Source of the DNA: Eledone cirrhosa
Taxonomy: Eukaryota
Direction: 5' to 3'
Length of the DNA stretch: 64,000 nt
Assembly: GCA_964016885.1 (NCBI GenBank)
Contig: OZ024741.1
Location: 72,912,001 to 72,976,000, forward strand
Positions 23,744-39,300 of the stretch are shown here, in pieces; positions within the stretch are counted from its first letter, which is position 1; each line of letters opens with the position of its first letter. A program made the position numbers and the translations under genes. The notes under the pieces are model-generated. The model was not told the origin of the DNA, did no database searches, and saw only the letters and a program-made list of their open reading frames with translations.

Positions 23744-25734
23744 GATTTCTTTATTGGCCACAAGGGCTGACATCAAGAATAACATTACAGACGGCACAGG
23801 ACGACACAGAACAGTACGATGTGGGTTTTGTGCGTGTAAAGATTTTTATTATTTATATAAAAAAAGAAAAAGAAAAAAAAGACATAGAAACATATATATA
23901 TATATAAACAATAAAAATGAAAATTGAAACAATGAAAAATTCCCCAATAGGGGGAAACCTCCAAGGGTTACTCGTGGCGAAAACCACACAAAAGACCACG
24001 GCCACCCTGACCACCAGGGCAAGCGCCCTCTCTCAATTTTTTTCCATTTCTCAAACTACAGACGTATATTCAGAGCGGTCCCGTTCACTCGGACCATTCT
24101 CGCTACATTCACCCACCTTTCAACACACTTGCTAGAAGGCAGCACTTGCCTCTCCACCCTAATTTTCCTCTTCAAGTGAAACTTGAAAAAGTTAATTAGG
24201 GATTCGCCGAATAGGAAAGTATCTGTCTTTAACCCTTTCAACCTTGTCCACCACACAATCTCTTTTGACACCGCCACCAGGCAGATGAAAACCGCCTGCC
24301 CTTCCTCCTCGAAGGAAGACGGCGAGACCATCTGCACAATGGACTTAGTCGATAACCGGATCAGTCCTACACGCGACAGCAACTGTTCAACATAGCTCCA
24401 CAAGTCAGCAATGCTCGGGTACTGAACGAGTGCGTGCACGACAGTTTCGTCGCTCTGCGCGCATCTCGGACAGGCTCGGCTGACGGCACTTCCGTGCCTG
24501 TAGAGCTTATCTCGAACCGGCAACGCTCCCCGGTAGCACTGCCAGGCCAGGGATTTTTGGAAGTTATCCATAGGTCTTGGGCTGAAAGTTTTCCGGAAGA
24601 GAGCAAACAGCTGATCTTCTTCGACGCCCAGGATCTCTCCGAGAAAGTCGTCGCAATTCCCCTCCACTAATCCTCTATAGAACGCCGAGATGGATGTTCC
24701 ACCGATACTGGTGCCTAGCTGGCAGAGGGCAGAGAGCGCCTGGAGACATTCCAGTTTCCAAGCGCTATCCGTCGGTCTTTTCCTGACCCAGGACTGCAGC
24801 TCCGTCAAGGAGACGAGCTGTGGGAAAACGTACCTGGCGAACGGCGACCACACCTGTTCACCGTCAAGGAAGCACCAGAGATGTGGCAGCCTCAGCGCAT
24901 GTTTGCGCATCATAAGCCATGGCATGCCCAGTCCTCCACGCAACGGGTATTGACAGCAGATGGATCGTCTGACCATGGAAACGCATCCCTTCCACAAAAA
25001 GCGGAAGAGGAGGCGCTCCATTTTGGTGAGAGTTGGGCCGGGGCAAGGGACGACGGTGAGGCGGTAGCAGATGACGGATGCGATGTATGCATTCGCCACC
25101 TCCGCCCGGCCTTTCAGGGGCAGCCTCCTCTCGGACCATTTCTGGGTGAGGGAGGCTACCTTGCTTGTCACCTCGTTCCAGTTTTTCTCCATCTGGTGGT
25201 CCGGTCCGAACCAGACCCCGAGCAATTTAACCGGTCCGTCCGTCCAACGCCCCCCGACGCTGTCGGACGGCATGGACTTGCCTCTCCAGATGCCGAGCTG
25301 CAAGCCAACCGACTTTTTCTGGTTTATCATTGCTCCTGTCACCGCTTCGTATTCCTTGAGAGCGGTGCCGAGCATCTGGATGTGTCTGGTTCTCGACACC
25401 ACCACGGTGACGTCATCAGCGTAAGCCGATTCGGATTTCCCGCATCCTAGTTCGCGTGGGACGCCCCTCATCGACTCAGTTTGTGCACTAACGGCTCGAG
25501 AGCCAATACGTACAAGAGGGACGAGAGGGGACAACCCTGGGGGACCGAGCGCATGATGCTGAACGGCTGCGACAGGTGACCGTTCACCCTCACAAATGAG
25601 CAGATGTCGCCCTACATCGCAGCGATCCAACCCCTGAAAACGAACCCGAAACCGGCTGGCTCGAGGACCGCCGCCAGGTACCGATGATCTACCCTATCGA
25701 ATGCTTTGGATTGATCCAAGTTGACCAGGGCCCC
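23744..25734 (-). mobile_element. 5'-truncated Tx1-clade LINE, subfamily C
   Basis: Minus-strand ORF2 3' half from [13 protein letters not shown] to the stop at 24056, with frameshifts near 25470-25620; 3' end abuts (AAT)n at 23726-23743; 5' break runs into (CA)n. Confidence 0.9.
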
Positions 25735-25769
25735 ACACACATAGACACACACACATAGACACACACATA

Positions 25770-25845
<76 letters not shown>

Positions 25846-25970
25846 CACATACACACGCGCACACACACACATACACACACACATATGATTGTGATAATGA
25901 TGATTGTGTTGGTGATGTTGATGATGATGACGATGATGATGACGATGATGATGATGATGATAATGACGAC
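25735..25970. repeat. (CA)n followed by (GAT)n microsatellites
   Basis: Read directly. Confidence 0.9.
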
Positions 25971-26127
25971 GAAGTATCGTAGCGGCGGTGGTGACGGTAG
26001 TGTTGTACTAACATAACAACTATAGAAAACACCACCACCATTATCAAAATAATATCAACAACAACAACAAAATAATAATGAGCAGAAGGAGAAGAATATT
26101 GGTAAAAATATCAAATAACTAATAATA

Positions 26128-26207
26128 ATTGTTTCTACTTTTGGCACAAGGCCAGCAATTACCCAGTTCATTACTGGTACTTTATTTTATCGACCCGGTA
26201 AGGATGA
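26128..26207 (-). mobile_element. 3' half of a tRNA-derived SINE, cut off at (AAT)n
   Basis: Matches the 3' part of the SINE copies at 52243-52430 and 59501-59691. Confidence 0.75.

Positions 26208-26252
<45 letters not shown>
26208..26252 (+). repeat. (AAT)15
   Basis: Read directly; left edge of the nested array. Confidence 0.95.
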
Positions 26253-26254
<2 letters not shown>

Positions 26255-26503
26255 TTTCTTTATTAACCACAAGGGTTTACATAAAGTAGACATTAAGGAC
26301 AGTGCAGGACAATGCAGGACGGTACAAATGGGCATTTCTGCGTGTAAAAAACAAAAACAGAGGATGTAACAAAAAAATAATAATGAAAAATTCCCCAATA
26401 GGGGGGAGACTTCGGAGGGACATTTGTGGAGAAAGCCCAGTAAAAAGCCACAATGACCCTGACCACCAAGGCAAGTGCCCTCTCCCAGTTTTCCACCTTT
26501 AAT

Positions 26504-29500
26504 TTACAGATATATACTCAGAGTAGGCCCATTCACTCGGGCCATTCTTGCTTCTCTCACCCATCTTTCAACAAAATGCTGGGAAGAGAGCACTTCCCTC
26601 TCTACTCTGATTTTCCTTTTCAAATGAAATTTGAAAAAGTCAATCAGAGCATCACCGAAGAGGTAAGTGCTCGTCTTCAGCCCTTTCAAACGTGTCCACC
26701 ATACTATCTCTTTCGCCATGGCCACCAGACAGATAAAAACTGCCTGCCCTTCCCAGCTGAAGGAGGAGGGCGGGGCAATCCTCACGATGGACTCAGATGA
26801 TAGCCGGATCCGTCCTAAACGCGACAGCAGGTGTTCGACATAAACCCACAAGTCAGCAATTTTCGGACACTGGACGAGCGCGTGCAGGACGGTTTCGTCG
26901 CCCTGCGCGCATCTCGGACATGCCCGGCTGACGGCACCTCCATGCCTGTAGAGTTTATCCCGAACTGGCAAGGCTCCTCGGTAGCACTGCCAGGCCAGAG
27001 ATTTCTGGAAGTTGTCCATAGGCCCTGGCCCGAAAGTTCTTCCGAAGAGATTGGCTAGTTGATTTTCGGCGACGCCTAGAGTTTCCCCAAGTACGTCGTC
27101 GCTCTTCCCCTCCACTAATCCTCTATAGAACGCCGAGGTGGAGTTTCCACCGATCACATTGCCCGATTGGTCGAGGGCTGTGAGCGCCTGAAGACATTCC
27201 AGTCTCCAGGCGCTCCCTCTCGGTCTTCGCTTGACCCAGGACTGCAGCTCCGTCAAGGAAACGAGCTGGGGAAATACGCGTCTAGCAAACGGCGACCACA
27301 CCTGATCACCGTCGAGGAAGAGGTGGAGATGTCGTAGCCTGAGCGCGTGCCTGCGCATCATCAGCCACGGCATGCCCAGCCCTCCACGTAGCGGGTGTTG
27401 ACAACAGATGGACCGCCTGACCATCGGAGCACGTCCCTTCCACAAAAAGCGAAAGAGCAAACGCTCCAGCGCAGTCAGGCGAGGCTTAGGACAAGGTACG
27501 ACGGTCAGGCGGTAGCAGATGACAGACGCGATGTACGCGTTAGCCACCTCCGCTCGACCTTTCAGGGATAGCTTCCTCTCGGCCCATTTCTGGGTGAGAG
27601 AAGCCACCCTGCTCGTCAACTCGTCCTAGTTTTTGTCCGTCTGGAGGTCCGGACCGAACCAGACCCCTAGCAATTTAACCGGTCCGTCCGTCCAGCGTCC
27701 GACGACGCCGTTGGACGGCATGGACCTGCCTCTCCAGGTGCTGAGCTGCAGGCCCACTGACTTTTCCTGGTTGATCATTGCTCCTGTCACCGCTTCGTAT
27801 TCTCTTAGTGTAGTGCCGATCGCCTCGATGGGTTTGGCGTTCGACACCACTACGGTGACATCATCCGCATATGCTGACACGGATCTTCCGCATCCTAGTT
27901 CGCGCGGGACGCCCCTCAACGTCTCCAGTTTGTGCAGTAATGGCTCGAGAGTCAATACGTACAAGAGGGACGAGAGGGGACATCCTTGGCGGACCGAGCG
28001 CATGATGTTGAACGGTTCCGACAGGTGACCGTTCACTCTCACCACAGAGCAGATGTCGCTGTGCATGGCAGCGATCCAGCCTCTGAAGACGGGCCCATAG
28101 CCAGCCGCCCTCAGGACTGCCGCTAGGTAACGATGGTCGACCCTATCGAAAGCTTTCGACTGATCTAAATTGATCAAGGACCCACCCGTGCCAGGTTCCC
28201 TAGCTACCCTCTCTACGATGTATCGCATGAGGTGGAGGTTGTCGTGGATGGATCTGTCGGGAATGGCGCATGTCTGCGCCTCTCCCACCAGACTACCAAC
28301 GACAAGCGCCAACCTCTTTGCTAGCACCTTGGCCAAAATCTTAAACTCTGTGTTTAGCAGAGTTATGGGATAAAATTTTCTATGTTATCCCCCTTGTTCG
28401 GATCCTTTCTCAGCAGTGCCACCGCTCCTCGGCTCACAGAACTGGGAATTCTCCCGTTCTGTTGCCAGTTGCAGTAGACGTCCGCCAAGAGGCCTCCGAA
28501 CAAGTCTGGCATCTGTACGTAAAGTTCATAGGGCAGACCATCCAAACTAGGCGATTTACCCCTTGTGCAGCCAGTCATTGCCTCCCTTACTTCAGCGGCT
28601 GTTATCGGCTTTTCGCAACACTTCGCCTCAGTGGCCGAGAGCCGCGGCAGTCCGTCGAGGTAGACACTAAAGTCCATCCCTCGACCCGGCCCACCGCTGC
28701 CCCCGAACAGCTGAGCGAAGTGTTGCTGAAAAGCTTCACACATTTGCCCGGGATCGAGTAGCATGCGCCCGTCGTGGTCTACCAAAGACCGGATCGTGGT
28801 GTTGTTGCCACGATGCGCCTCCGCCACTCGGGCCCATTGAACGGCTTTCGTCCCCTCGTGTCTGAGAGCATGCACCCTTGCTCTGACAACGCAGCCTTCG
28901 TGCTTTGCATTGAAGAATTGGTCAAGGGCCAATTTCGCCGCAAGCACGTTGGTCGCAATGCCTTTGCTAAGCGCCTCGTCTAATTTTCTAACTAGTTCTC
29001 CCTCTGCTCTATTTTTCTCTATTGCTAAAGCCTTACTAAACCTAATGGATTCTATTCTAATCGCTCTTTTCAGAGCAAACCACCACTTGTTGTTGACGAT
29101 GGCCCCCGTCAACGCCCGCTTAACTAGTTCGCTAATCCGGTCTCTGTAGGCCTTGCGCGCTGGTAAGGACGCGTTTAGCTTCCAGTAGCCGGGTCCTCGT
29201 CTATGAAGCCTATCTAAGTCAAGCACACAGATCACGAATTTGTGGTCCGTGTAGCGGACTATCTTGAATTGTGGACAGCCTATGCTAGACCTATCTATTT
29301 CCCTACAAAATACTCTATCTAGATATGATCTGGATGACCCTATGCGATTTGTCCAAGTCCACATTGGCGCATTCGGGAAATCCAATCGGTACCTGTCAGA
29401 CAGTTCAAAACGCCTGAGCAGGTTGGTGAGGCTCTTGCACTCTCCACCCCTATCCGCTAATCCCACACAGTCCCAGCGTGCATCTAAGATCCCGTTCCAG

Positions 29501-29921
29501 TTGCCCATTAACACTAAAGAGCGGGACGTTCCAAGAAAGGTCTCCAGACGCCGGAAGAAATCAGGCCGCCCTGTTCCTGTCGGGGCATAGACGGCCACTA
29601 GCCTGAAAGCTTGCCCGTCTCCGCTGGTCACGTCCAGCATCACCAGCTTACCCTCTGGGTCCAGGAAGATGGCCCGTATGGCGAGATCCAAACCTCTCCG
29701 AAAAAGCACAGCAACTCCTCCACCCGATCCAGGACGGCTGGGAGATGCGTACACATCGTAGCCGCCGAAGATCGGTGCGAAGGCCCGTGCTTCGGAGATT
29801 CTGGTCTCGCTGATGGCCACTACATCTATGTTTAGTGACCTGAGGTCGTTGAGCAGGTGACCCTGCTTCCATGACGACCCCAAGCCACGCGCATAATGCT
29901 GCCTATTCTGAGTGAGGTCAT
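26504..29921 (-). pseudogene. Tx1 ORF2 (APE-RT), disrupted
   Basis: 1-bp deletion near 28368 and TGG->TAG at 27626 relative to the intact ORF2. Confidence 0.9.
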
Positions 29922-29956
29922 GTTTAAAATAGAGTGGAAAAGATGGGAAAGACCAC

Positions 29957-32066
29957 TTACCGTACTTTTGGTAGAGGAGGGATGGTTTTTACATCCCTTT
30001 TCACTTGATCGTCTGGTGAAGGGACCGTTGAATCGTCCCTTCGGCTGGTCGTCGGCTCTTCTAAGAGAATGTCTGAATATACTCTTCGATTGATGGTTCC
30101 TCCTAGGTCCCTGAAATCACCAACTGCGTTGGGGAATTTCGTTTTAATGTTTGTGTATTGTTTCTGTGCTATTTTTAGCAGTCTTATGTTAGTTGGCGTT
30201 TTGATTGGTGCTGGTATTATGTAGTCCTGTTGTGAAATGTCTGTGTGTTCAATTATGTTAGTCATTAGTTTCTTGTTGTGTGTATTTATTGGTGTGCATT
30301 TGTTTTTCTGGGGTTGGGGTGTGGTTCTGCTATTTTCTTGTCGTTGTTGCTGGGTGTGTGTGTTTTGTTGTTGTGTTTGCGATGTTGGTGCTTGTGGTGT
30401 TGAAGGTGTTGTTGGCGGTGGGGTTGTCGCCGGTGGTGATGGTGGTGCTAGTGTGGGTGGTGATGGTGTTGGTGGTGTTGCTGCTGTGGGTCTCTTTGCA
30501 GTAGACTTTACCCTTTTCTCATTTCTTTCCTCCCTTTTCAAAGGCGACGATGCGCTGCTTCTGCGTTTGTGCCTTCTTACGACCTTTTGCCATCCCTCTC
30601 CCACCTCACACTCCATGTCTGATTCTGTGAGGTCGGGGAGGGTTACCAACTCCACTCTTTCACTTGTTGTTGTTGGTGATGTTTGCACTGGAGTCTCTGT
30701 TGCAGCTGCATTTGGTATTGCTGTTGTTGTTGTTAATATTTCCACTGCTGCTGCTGTTTTTGATTTCCGTGGCGTGGGTATGGGTGCCACGGACCTATCC
30801 TTCCTGGTTGCCGCTTGTCCTGTTGCTGGTAGCCGTGGAGCCGGATTCGGAAGGAGGGGGGTTTTCTCCTTTCTCAGAGTCTTCTCGTTGCAGAAGGCCC
30901 TGAGGTGAGTCTTCGATCCACAGCGAAAGCATTTCGGGCGTTTGCCCTCAACACTTATGGGCAGTTGAGTGCCGTTATCGAAGTCTATCACATCCGGGAT
31001 AGCTTCGATGCACTCCTGGTTGGTTTGGATTAGCATCTCAATGGAGGTGCCGACCCAATCTTCTCTTACTTTTTTCTGTACTTGCAGTACAGTTGTTTTG
31101 TCCTCGATTCCGACGAGGACAGACGCGGCCAGCCAAGAAGGGGCCATTCCGGGGGGGACGTGGGTCAGTTTGACCCTCACAATTTTTTTCCCGCAGTAGG
31201 AGGGCACCAACACCATTTCCTCGCTCCTTAGGGTCACTACTGATTGGGCCTTTGCCTCCTGGGGTGTGGCAAAAAGTACGTCTACGGTGGCATATTTTTT
31301 GCCTCGGGTGATCTGCGTTTTCCGCTGCCACACAGACCCCAAGGCTTTTTGTATCTGAGCCTCTGTGGCTCTTTCCACCCTACGGGATTTTGTACTTACT
31401 GTACGGTACGTGACCGTACAGTGCTGTTGGGTTTCGAAAAAATTTTCCGCTGCCTTGCAGATTGCTCGGTGTCCATTCTTTGTCACCATCTTCTTCGCTT
31501 CCTCTAATTCCTCATTTGTTATGAGGATTGTTTCCAAGTTTTTCGCAATGCCTGCAAATGAGATTGGTTTTTCTTTGCTGCTATTGTTGTTGTTGTCGTC
31601 AGAGCTGCTGGTACTTTTGTTGTTGCTGCAGGTACTACGACTACTGCCTCCGCCGCTGTTGCTGTGGTTGTTGTTGGTGTTGCTGCTGCTAATGCTGTTG
31701 TTGTTTATGCTGCTGGTGATGCTGTTGCGGCTGCTGCTTCATTGTCACTGTTGCTACTTCATTGTCACTGTTGCTGTTGTTATTACGGCTGCTACTGCTA
31801 TTATTCCTGACGTCAGACGAATGAACTGGGTTTTCGTATTTCCCGCACACCTGTTTCGTCGCTGTCGTCGTCGTCGTGGAGAAACCATGCACGCTTTGCA
31901 CGAGACTTTTCTTTTCTTTCGTCACTTGCGAAAGAGAAGGGAGGGAGAGAGACACATTTAAAGAAGGGAGGGAGAGAGACAATCTTCTCTCTGCTGTAGT
32001 GATGATTGAGGAAGAAGAAGACGGAATGAGTGGGAGTGACGTATTAAATTTCTTTTTCGTAGCCAT
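29957..32066 (-). pseudogene. Tx1 ORF1, frameshifted
   Basis: A tandem duplication of about 20 bp (CTTCATTGTCACTGTTGCT, near 31737-31776) splits ORFs 31689-32066 and 29957-31537. Confidence 0.85.
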
Positions 32067-32301
32067 GTTGTTTTTTGTTTAAAATGAATATTGGGTACAA
32101 AACCCCAATAACTGGTTATTTAACCCCGAAGGGTCAAATAACGGACAGAAGGACCCCTCTCACGAGGAGGAGGGTGTCTTTATCAACAATTTGGTTCAAG
32201 TTTTAAACAATTTACAATTGTTTTAACGGTTAAAAATTACTATACCTTACAGAGCCGAGCCTCCGTCAACCATGGCATTCAATAATAATCATAATAATAA
32301 T

Positions 32302-33558
32302 AATGAAGGAATTGTTAAGAACTGAATACATTAGGAGAGTAAGGAGCGTATTGAAGTCACATCTGAACAGCAGAAATGCCATAAGCGCAGTAAATTCCCG
32401 AGCTGTGTCTATTATTAGGTACAGTGCGGGAATTCTGAGATGGAATGTTGCTGAACAAAAAGAAATGGATAGGAAGGCTAGGAAGCTATTGACTATCTAC
32501 AACATGTTCCACAAGAAGAGTGATGTCGATAGACTCTACCTAAGGAGATCTGAGGGTGGAAGAGGTCTTATCAGCATAGAGGACTGTGTTCAGATGGAGA
32601 AAAACAACCTATACAAATACGTGACCTATAGTAAGGAGCCAATGCTCAGAACTGTACTGAAGGAGGGGACAGTAGGCCAGGGGATGTCCAAGGAGGAAAT
32701 AACATCAAGGAGGAAGAGCAGCCTTAAGGGAAAATCCCTTCATATTACCTTCTTTGAGAAAACTGAATTTAGAGATCCACAGACATGGAACTGGTTGAGA
32801 AGAGGAGACCTCAAAAAGGCTACAAAAGGAATGCTAATGGCTGCGCAGGAGCAGGCCCTCAAAACGAAGTGGTTGAAGCACCATATTTACAAGGAGGAGG
32901 CTAGCCCACTGTGCAGGATCTGTGGAGAGAGAGAGGAGACTGTGGCTCACATTGTGTCCGAGTGTAAACACCTAGCCCAGACCCACTATAAGGGCTGGAG
33001 ACACGATGTGATGGGCAGGGTGATCCACTGGCACCTGTGCAAAGTAAACAATTTACCACATTCTGAGAAATGGTATGAGCATAGGACAGAGGCGGTGATG
33101 GAGAACAATCAGGTGAAGGTGCTGTGGGATTTTAGGATACAGACGGACAAAAAACTGGAACACAATAGACCTGACCTGGTGGTTGTGGACAAAGAAAAAA
33201 GATCGTGTCTGATTGTGGATGTGGCCTGCCCTTTCGACACGAGAGTGCAAGAGAAGGAGAGGGAGAAAATTAACCGATACCAGGACCTAAATTGGAAGGT
33301 GAAAAGGATTTGGAACTGCCATGAAGTCAAAGTGGTCCCGATTGTCATAGGCGCACTGGGGACTATCTCCAAAAGTTTCCAGGGATGGTTAAAGAAAATC
33401 GGCCCCTTCACGCTTTTTGGAACGCTTCAAAAGGCATGCTTGCTTGGAACAGCAAGAACCCTCCGATACGTCCTGAATATCTGAGGCTGCAGGTAGTGGC
33501 TTGATATTCATTCCAACGGACTTTCCAGTTAACCAACATCAATGACTGAGATTCAAGG
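32302..33558 (+). mobile_element. 5'-truncated R4/Dong-like RLE LINE, family B
   Basis: ORF 32303-33484 has CRIC..H..C, RHD, RPDLVVVD and D...KEREKINRY (PD-D/ExK); matches 50959-52212; (AAT)n on both sides. Confidence 0.9.

Positions 33559-36013
<2,455 letters not shown>

Positions 36014-36076
<63 letters not shown>
36014..36076 (+). repeat. (AAT)21 shared by a convergent RLE (+) and Tx1 (-) 3' end
   Basis: Read directly. Confidence 0.96.
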
Positions 36077-36078
<2 letters not shown>

Positions 36079-36338
36079 TTTCTTTATTAACCACAAGGGT
36101 TTACATAAAGTAGACATTAAGGACAGTGCAGGACAATGCAGGACGGTACAAATGGGCATTTCTGCGTGTAAAAAAACAAAAACAGAGGATGTAACAAAAA
36201 TAACAATGAAAATAACAATGAAAAATTCCCCAATAGGGGGGAGACTTCGGAGGGACATTTGTGGAGAAAGCCCAGTAAAAAGCCACAATGACCCTGACCA
36301 CCAAGGCAAGTGCCCTCTCCCAGTTTTCCACCTTTAGT

Positions 36339-39300
36339 TTACAGATATATACTCAGAGTCGGCCCATTCACTCGGGCCATTCTTGCTTCTCTCACCCATC
36401 TTTCAACAAAATGCTGGGAAGAGAGCACTTCCTTCTCTACTCTGATTTTCCTTTTCAAATGAAATTTGAAAAAGTCAATCAGAGCATCACCGAAGAGGTA
36501 AGTGCTCGTCTTCAGCCCTTTCAAACGTGTCCACCATACTATCTCTTTCGCCATGGCCACCAGACAGATAAAAACTGCCTGCCCTTCCCGGCTAAAGGAG
36601 GAGGGCGGGGCAATCCTCACGATAGACTCAGATGATAGCTGGATCCGTCCTAAACGCGACAGCAGGTGTTCGACATAAACCCACAAGTCAGCAATTTTCG
36701 GACACTGGACGAGTGCGTGCAGGACGGTTTCGTCGCCCTGCGCGCATCTCGGACATGCCCGGCTGACGGCACCTCCATGCCTGTAGAGTTTATCCCGAAC
36801 TGGCAAGGCTCCTCGGTAGCACTGCCAGGCCAGAGATTTCTGGAAGTTGTCCATAGGCCCTGGCCCGAAAGTTCTTCCGAAGAGATTGGCTAGTTGATTT
36901 TCGTCGACGCCTAGAGTTTCCCCAAGTACGTCGTCGCTCTTCCCCTCCACTAATCCTCTATAGAACGCCGAGGTGGAGTTTCCACCGATCACATTGCCCG
37001 ATTGGTCGAGGGCTGTGAGCGCCTGAAGACATTCCAGTCTCCAGGCGCTCCCTCTCGGTCTTCGCTTGACCCAGGACTGCAGCTCCGTCAAGGAAACGAG
37101 CTGGGGAAAAACGCGTCTAGCAAACGGCGACCACACCTGATCACCGTCGAGGAAGAGGTGGAGATGTCGTAGCCTGAGCGCGTGCCTGCGCATCATCAGC
37201 CACGGCATGCCCAGCCCTCCACGTAGCGGGTGTTGACAACAGATGGACCGCCTGACCATCGGAGCACGTCCCTTCCACAAAAAGCGAAAGAGCAAACGCT
37301 CCAGCGCAGTCAGGCGAGGCTTAGGACAAGGTACGACGGTTAGGCGGTAGCAGATGACAGACGCGATGTACGCGTTAGCCACCTCCGCTCGACCTTTCAG
37401 GGATAGCTTCCTCTCCGCCCATTTCTGGGTGAGAGAAGCCACCCTGCTCGTCACCTCGTCCCAGTTTTTGTCCGTCTGGAGGTCCGGACCGAACCAGACC
37501 CCTAGCAATTTAACCGGTCCGTCCGTCCAGCGCCCGACGACGCTGTTGGACGGCATGGACCTGCCTCTCCAGGTGCCGAGCTGCAGGCCCACTGACTTTT
37601 CCTGGTTGATCATTGCTCCTGTCACCGCTTCGTATTCTCTTAGTGTAGTGCCGATCGCCTCGATGTGTTTGGCGTTCGACACCACTACGGTGACATCGTC
37701 CGCATATGCTGACACGGATCTTCCGCATCCTAGTTCGCGCGGGACTCCCCTCAACGTCTCCAGTTTGTGCAGTAATGGCTCGAGAGTCAATACGTACAAG
37801 AGGGACGAGAGGGGACATCCTTGGCGGACCGAGCGCATGATGTTGAACGGTTCCGACAGGTGACCGTTCACTCTCACCACAGAGCAGATGTCGCTGTGCA
37901 TGGCAGCGATCCAGCCTCTGAAGACGGGCCCAAAGCCAGCCGCCCTCAGGACTGCCGCTAGGTAACGATGGTCGACCCTATCGAAAGCTTTCGACTGATC
38001 TAAATTGATCAAGGACCCACCCGTGCCAGGTTCCCTAGCTACCCTCTCTACGATGTATCGCATGAGGTGGAGGTTGTCGTGGATGGATCTGTCGGGAATG
38101 GCGCATGTCTGCGCCTCTCCCACCAGACCACCAACGACAAGCGCCAACCTCTTTGCTAGCACCTTGGCCAAAATCTTAAACTCTGTGTTTAGCAGAGTTA
38201 TGGGCCGGAAATTGTCTATGTTATCCCCCTTGTTCGGATCCTTTCTCAGCAGTGCCACCGCTCCTCGGCTCACAGAACTGGGAATTCTCCCGTTCTGTTG
38301 CCAGTTGCAGTAGACGTCCGCCAAGAGGCCTCCGAACAAGTCTGGCATCTGTACGTAAAGTTCATAGGGCAGACCATCCAAACCAGGCGATTTACCCCTT
38401 GTGCAGCCAGTCATTGCCTCCCGTACTTCAGCGGCTGTTATCGGCTTTTCGCAACACTTCGCCTCAGTGGCCGAGAGCCGCGGCAGTCCGTCGAGGTAGA
38501 CACTAAAGTCCATCCCTCTACCCGGCCCCCCGCTGCCCCCGAACAGCTGAGCGAAGTGTCGCTGAAAAGCTTCACACATTTGCCCGGGATCGAGTAGCAT
38601 GCGCCCGTCGTGGTCCACCAAAGACCGGATCGTGGCTTTGTTGCCACGACGCGCCTCCGCCACTCGGGCCCATTGAACGGCTTTCGTCCCCTCGTGTCTG
38701 AGAGCACGCACCCTAGCTCTGACAACGCAGCCTTCGTGCTTTGCATTGAAGAATTGGTCAAGGGCCAATTTCGCCGCAAGCACGTCGGTCGCAATGCCTT
38801 TGCTAAGCGCCTCGTCTAATTTTCTAACTAGTTCTCCCTCTGCTCTATTTTTCTCTATTGCTAAAGCCTTACTAAACCTAATCGATTCTATTCTAATCGC
38901 TCTTTTCAGAGCAAACCACCACTTGTTGTTGACGATGGCCCCCGTCAACGCCCGCTTAACTAGTTCGCTAATCCGGTCTCTGTAGGCCTTGCGCGCTGGT
39001 AAGGACGCGTTTAGCTTCCAGTAGCCGGGTCCTCGTCTATGAAGCCTATCTAAGTCAAGCACACAGGTCACGAATTTGTGGTCCGTGTAGCTGACTATCT
39101 TGAATTGTGGACAGCCTATGCTAGACCTATCTATTTCCCTACAAAATACTCTATCTAGATATGATCTGGATGACCCTATGCGGTTTGTCCAAGTCCACAT
39201 TGGCACATTCGGGAAATCCAATCGGTACCTGTCAGACAGTTCAAAACGCCTGAGCAGGTTGGTGAGGCTCTTGCACCCTCCACCCCTATCCGCTAATCCC

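Larger units (their letters stand above)
26253..32280 (-). mobile_element. Full-length Tx1-clade LINE, subfamily B, lightly decayed
   Basis: Near-identical to 36077-42107; (AAT)n on both sides. Confidence 0.94.
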
